From contig CBDDLH010000016.1 in the NCBI GenBank assembly GCA_965230565.1, positions 1,948,161-2,012,160 on the forward strand: 64,000 nt of DNA. The letters are read 5' to 3'. Source of the stretch: Saprospiraceae bacterium. Lineage in GTDB: Bacteria; Bacteroidota; Bacteroidia; Chitinophagales; Saprospiraceae. The first letter of the stretch is position 1. Each line of letters starts with the position of its first letter. The notes beneath the pieces are model-generated. The model saw nothing but the letters and a program-made list of their open reading frames with translations, did not search any database and had not been told where the DNA came from. Of the stretch, positions 59,893 to 64,000 are shown in pieces. A program made the position numbers and the translations under genes.

Positions 59893-61578
59893 TTAACTCA
59901 ACCCAGAGATCACTCCATTTTCATCAATGGACATGCCTTCAGATGCCGGAGTAGATGGCAAACCAGGCATACGCATCATCTTTCCTAGAATTGGAATGAC
60001 AAATCCTGCACCAGCTGCAAATTCAAATTCACGAACATTGACAATAAAACCTGATGGACGGCCGAGTAACTGTGCTCTGTCGGAAAAGGATTTCTGTGTT
60101 TTTGCCATACAAACCGGCAGATTTTCCATGCCCAGTTGTTTGATCTTGCGCAAATCGAGCTCTGCCTTTTTAGACAATTCCACCCCATCAGCCCCATAGA
60201 TCTCTTTGGCAATGATTTCCATTTTTTCCTCGATGGAAAGATTCCAGTCGTAAAGTGCCTTGAAGCCATTTTGCCCGGAATCTACTAATTCAACCAGGGC
60301 ACGTGCAAGGTCTTCAGTTCCTTCGCCTCCTTTGGCCCATCCTTCGCTCAATACAGCTTTGACGCCCATTTCGGCACATTTTTCCTTTACGTATTCGATC
60401 TCTGCTTCTGTGTCATTGACAAAGGCGTTGATGGCTACAATCGGATTAATCCCGAATTTTCTGATATTCTCAATATGTTTTTCCAGGTTTTCAAACCCTT
60501 TTTGTACTCTTTCCAAACTAGGGACATCGTACTCCTGTCTGGGTGAACCTCCATGATGTCGCAATGCCTTGATGGTTGCTACCAGAACCACGGCATCGGG
60601 ATGCAACCCTCCGTATACACATTTGATATTCATGAATTTTTCAGCCCCCAGATCCGCACCAAAACCTGCTTCTGTCACCACGTAGTCAGCAAGCGACAAT
60701 CCTGCTTTTGTAGCGATGATGGTGTTAGTTCCCTGAGCGATATTGGCAAAAGGACCGCCGTGGATGATAGCCGGATTCCCTTCCAGTGTTTGTACGAGGT
60801 TGGGCTTCACTGCATCTTTCAACAATATGGCCATGGCATCCTCTGCTTTGAGGTCCCTGGCATAAACGGGTTGTTTATCAAAAGTGAATCCAACGAAAAT
60901 ATTGCCAAGTTTTTCCTTTAGATCAGCAAAATCCTTAGCCATACACAGAATAGCCATAACTTCGGAAGCAGGAGTGATATTAAATCCATCCTGGCGCGGA
61001 ATACCATTAGCCGTACCGCCAAGCCCAATGACAATATCCCTCAAAGCACGGTCATTCATATCCATAACCCGTTTCCAGGCCACTGTCCGTGGATCAATCC
61101 CCAAACTACGTGTCTTGCTTTGAATATTGTTGTCTATTAATGCAGCCAGCAGGTTATTGGCTTTCTCTACAGCGGAGAAGTCTCCCGTAAAATGAAGGTT
61201 GATATCTTCCATCGGAATAACCTGGGAATATCCCCCACCGGCAGCACCACCCTTGATACCAAAAACAGGCCCCAGTGACGGTTCTCTCAGAACCACCATA
61301 GTCTGTCTTCCAATACGATTCATCCCTTCGGAAAGTCCAATAGAAACGGTTGTTTTTCCCTCTCCGGCAGGAGTTGGTGTAAGGGCCGTTACCAGGATAA
61401 GCTTGCTTTTGGAAATTTTTTCTTCATCAATCAGGTCCAGTGGAAGTTTGGCTTTGTATTTGCCATAACTTTCGAGTTCCTCATAATCAAGATTTAATTT
61501 GGCTGCAATGTCACGGATGTGCTGAATATCAGCTTGCTGAGCGATTTCGATATCGCTAGGTACTGTGTTTTTTTTCAT
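59893..61578 (-). CDS. fhs: Formate--tetrahydrofolate ligase
   Basis: The sequence shows ...LILVTALTPTPAGEGKTTVSIGL... and is 561 aa with full-length similarity to FTHFS. Confidence 0.95.
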   Translation of the reverse strand: MKKNTVPSDIEIAQQADIQHIRDIAAKLNLDYEELESYGKYKAKLPLDLIDEEKISKSKLILVTALTPTPAGEGKTTVSIGLSEGMNRIGRQTMVVLREPSLGPVFGIKGGAAGGGYSQVIPMEDINLHFTGDFSAVEKANNLLAALIDNNIQSKTRSLGIDPRTVAWKRVMDMNDRALRDIVIGLGGTANGIPRQDGFNITPASEVMAILCMAKDFADLKEKLGNIFVGFTFDKQPVYARDLKAEDAMAILLKDAVKPNLVQTLEGNPAIIHGGPFANIAQGTNTIIATKAGLSLADYVVTEAGFGADLGAEKFMNIKCVYGGLHPDAVVLVATIKALRHHGGSPRQEYDVPSLERVQKGFENLEKHIENIRKFGINPIVAINAFVNDTEAEIEYVKEKCAEMGVKAVLSEGWAKGGEGTEDLARALVELVDSGQNGFKALYDWNLSIEEKMEIIAKEIYGADGVELSKKAELDLRKIKQLGMENLPVCMAKTQKSFSDRAQLLGRPSGFIVNVREFEFAAGAGFVIPILGKMMRMPGLPSTPASEGMSIDENGVISGLS

Positions 61579-61729
61579 TTTTCAGATCAATTTATTTGGC
61601 TAGGATAAGATTGAACAGGGGGAAATATTCCTCCGGTTTCAGTCGGCACGCAATATAGGATTTCCAATAGAAAACTTGAAACTTTGACTGTTTAAATAAT
61701 AGTTAGGTTTTGTACTTGTCACTGTTAAA

Positions 61730-62764
61730 TTAATGATCAAGGCAAAACTCAATACCAGGGACCGTATCTACTTTATAGTTGACTTCTACGGATTGACAAT
61801 GCTTTTCATCCAATGGTGCGAGGATTAAAGGAGCCGTAAGTTGACTTTCGTATGTATCCAGATATTCACCTCCGTAAATCCGGATATTAGTGAACACTGC
61901 CAGCAAATTAAATACTTCCTGGTCATATTGGTCTAATGAAAATTTATGTTTTGGAAATCGGTAGATTCCGGAAAAAGAACTCAGTGCGGCTTGATTGTTT
62001 AAAAAACCGGTTTTACTAAGGTCGAAAAAAGGACCTAATGTCCTGAAAAAATCATCAATGAACTTCCCCTTCATCATACGTTCATGATTACGGAAGCTGC
62101 TTAGCAATCCAAGATCAAGGCTGATACTTTCGGGAATGAGCACCACATCCTCCCTTAATTGTGATAATAAATTATAGGTGATAGGGACTTGTTGCTCACG
62201 TACGAGCGCATACTGCATGGTTTCACTAATCACAAGATCAATGGTGCCGGCATCAGGTAATTGTACCGTTGCGGCATCACACAACAAAGTGTCTTCCAAA
62301 TATTGCTCCAACCTCAATTGCTGAAATACTTTTTGGACAAGCCGGAAACTATTTTCGTTGATCTCTAACAGGGAAAACTTAACCTGCTGAGGTGAAAATT
62401 TTGATGTCAACAGCAGCACCAGAGGGGCAAAGGGTCCACATCCTGCATAGAGGACATGAACCGGTTTTTGGGCTTGTCTACTGACGAGTTCATCCACCGC
62501 CAGAAATACTCCTTTAACAAATTTTTTGGTACGCATCAGATCATCCATGCACATAGCTGCCCAGGTGGTTCCAATAGCCTTTCCGGTATCAGAATGGATA
62601 TTCTTACGATGTTCATCTCTGCTCAGATCCAGTTCCGTAATTTCATATAGAATAGACTTCCATTCCTCTATAGCTTTTTTCAATTCATAATAATCCACTT
62701 CCGCTGTGAGACATTGACCAAGGATAGCCTCGAAGGACTGTTTGTGTGAGTTTGGGTGCTGCAT
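61730..62764 (-). CDS. Putative class I SAM-dependent methyltransferase (PRMT-like motif arrangement)
   Basis: It carries motif I VLYAGCGPFAP, post-I acidic SLLEINE and DLVISETM (compare the PRMT double-E/THW region). It is 344 aa. Confidence 0.45.
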   Translation of the reverse strand: MQHPNSHKQSFEAILGQCLTAEVDYYELKKAIEEWKSILYEITELDLSRDEHRKNIHSDTGKAIGTTWAAMCMDDLMRTKKFVKGVFLAVDELVSRQAQKPVHVLYAGCGPFAPLVLLLTSKFSPQQVKFSLLEINENSFRLVQKVFQQLRLEQYLEDTLLCDAATVQLPDAGTIDLVISETMQYALVREQQVPITYNLLSQLREDVVLIPESISLDLGLLSSFRNHERMMKGKFIDDFFRTLGPFFDLSKTGFLNNQAALSSFSGIYRFPKHKFSLDQYDQEVFNLLAVFTNIRIYGGEYLDTYESQLTAPLILAPLDEKHCQSVEVNYKVDTVPGIEFCLDH

Positions 62765-62769
62765 TAGAA

Positions 62770-62840
62770 TTTGACTTGTTTTTCAGCGCCAGAACGCAAT
62801 GGAAGCGCAAGAAACGCAATGAAGTTATTCGAAATGCAAG
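62770..62840. promoter_or_regulatory. CGCAAWGG phased repeat element immediately upstream of the methyltransferase gene
   Basis: The sequence is tttgacttgtttttcagcgccagaacgcaatggaagcgcaagaaacgcaatgaag, with motif starts at 62795, 62806 and 62815 (spacing 11 and 9). Confidence 0.5.
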
Positions 62841-62884
62841 ATAGTTTTTTCTCAGAAGATTTTCCTGCCTCCCTGTTTCGAGGT

Positions 62885-63330
62885 TAATTATCCAGTAATT
62901 TTTCCCAGATGGCAGTTGCCTCATTTCTATAATAAATGTCGTTGGTCAAATCGTGGAGTGAGCTTCCATCGGTTTCTGATATTTTTACTTTAATCATACT
63001 ACCATTTTCATAAAGCAAAATTCCGTAATATGGAACACTTTTGAACCAAGACCAAATAGATATTGGACCTAAGGTAACAATTTTTTAAATACAGTTCTAG
63101 AACAAGTGAAAGATCACATTCAGCGTCTTTTCAACTGCTCAAGGGCATCCATATCCATGTTTTGAAAAGAATCCTTCAGAGATCATTTCATCAAGCACCC
63201 AGAATGCCACAATGTCCTCTGTATTTGCGTCAGGGATTCACAAAATTCCATTTAAAGTGTCTCCCAGCGATAAAATGGAATCGCATCACTCAGGTATTCA
63301 TTTTCCAGGGCAGCTTTATTTTTTTTGATA
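62885..63330 (-). pseudogene. Possible degraded gene remnant
   Basis: The minus-strand reading gives a stop-interrupted series of in-line peptide fragments (...EDIVAFWVLDEMISEGFFSKHGYG / ...KIVTLGPISIWSWFKSVPYYGILLYENGSMIKVKISETDGSSLHDLTNDIYYRNEATAIWEKLLDN) with no intact ORF of at least 60 aa. Confidence 0.25.
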
Positions 63331-63373
63331 AAGGATTTTAGTTTTTTGCTCTTATCTGAATTGAATATCCAAA

Positions 63374-63787
63374 CTATCCGTGATATATCTCGCTACAACA
63401 CTGTCCTTTCCTAACTTCGTCCAGCCTCCAAAAAATGTACTTATTATCTAATTCATTGTCTAACACATTTTGTAAACTCAAGAATTGTTGGTTTCCTACA
63501 CTTGAATGGAAGGCTTTGTAAACAATACCGTCATCTATTGTTCGTCCTTTATTTTTCAAAAATTTGACTATCACCAAATATTCTTCCGGCTCAGACTCTA
63601 TCATATGAACTACAATGCCGGGATATAATATCGAATCGTCATCATCAATGACTATCCAATCTCCAAGTAATTCCTCCTTTACTTCCGTAACAGGCTTCTT
63701 AGTTAAAGGAACATCAGAGAAATAGTAATCGCAACCTAAAAAAGAACAACATGCGAGGACAGCGAGGAATGGAAATAGCTGTTTCAT
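63374..63787 (-). CDS. Hypothetical lipoprotein
   Basis: The signal peptide/lipobox is MKQLFPFLAVLACCSFLGC. It is 137 aa with no recognisable domain. Confidence 0.5.
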   Translation of the reverse strand: MKQLFPFLAVLACCSFLGCDYYFSDVPLTKKPVTEVKEELLGDWIVIDDDDSILYPGIVVHMIESEPEEYLVIVKFLKNKGRTIDDGIVYKAFHSSVGNQQFLSLQNVLDNELDNKYIFWRLDEVRKGQCCSEIYHG

Positions 63788-64000
63788 TTCACTTAAGGAT
63801 GGTTTCCTTAAAGTTACGAAAGAAAGGGATCATGTCCAATTTTTCCGGACGTTTCGATTTGGCAAAAGATCTCCAAAATACTTTTTATTTCGCACGTCGA
63901 AGACATGCGAGATATCCTTTTCAAGTCTGAAGACTTGAAATAACAAAACTATAATTTTATATTTTAAATCTCTGGACTTAAAATCCATATCCTAAATCCC

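Noticed and set aside
1-64000. Canonical defence or mobile systems (CRISPR-Cas, restriction-modification, toxin-antitoxin, Abi, integrase or phage structural genes, T9SS machinery genes)
   Set aside because: I looked for hallmark motifs (Cas HD/RuvC, MTase motifs I/IV, integrase R..HxxR..Y, PIN/HEPN Rx4-6H) in all ORFs of at least 60 aa and recognised none. Only T9SS cargo is present, not T9SS machinery.

Overview
This 64-kb window is a chromosomal segment of a Bacteroidota bacterium. I infer that from T9SS (Por-type) C-terminal sorting domains on several secreted proteins, a Bacteroidetes-type ECF sigma factor, a fused CcsBA protein and a -7 TAnnTTTG-like promoter box. GC looks to be roughly mid-40s %. 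The content suggests a Saprospiraceae- or Cytophagia-like lineage, but genus cannot be assigned from sequence alone.

About 30 genes are supported. Housekeeping genes include RecN, ScpB, FabI, Fe/Mn superoxide dismutase, formate-THF ligase, an FKBP-type PPIase, the CcsBA cytochrome c biogenesis fusion, a lytic transglycosylase, a DNA-alkylation-repair (AlkD-like) enzyme, ArsR, MarC, an ECF sigma factor and a class III adenylate cyclase. Accessory or surface content comprises:
- a T9SS-sorted carboxylesterase;
- two mega surface proteins: one of about 3,100 aa with SprB-like repeats and a DUF11-like C-terminus, and one of 2,440 aa with FG-GAP/ASPIC-UnbV, about 24 PKD domains and a T9SS C-terminal domain;
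- a hmuY-like / TonB-dependent receptor pair;
- a YqiJ(NfeD-like)-flotillin pair followed by a roughly 1,620-aa AAA+ (AAA_5-like) ATPase of unknown function;
- a vWA + ChlI-like ATPase pair;
- an IS200-like RAYT transposase with cognate REP hairpins;
- a GxxExxY (PD-(D/E)XK) gene embedded in a 46/47-bp minisatellite.

The window also carries at least five distinct families of short intergenic repeats: CTGGTTR heptamer arrays with a conserved hairpin tail, the CACGAAT minisatellite, a 9-bp YTTGAAC array, REP palindromes, and phased CGCAAWGG repeat elements upstream of three genes. I found no CRISPR array, no rRNA or tRNA genes and no canonical restriction-modification, toxin-antitoxin or Cas genes. 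The most likely candidate for an undescribed system is the NfeD-flotillin-giant ATPase locus. The repeat-embedded GxxExxY element and the CGCAAWGG elements are the other signals worth a second look.
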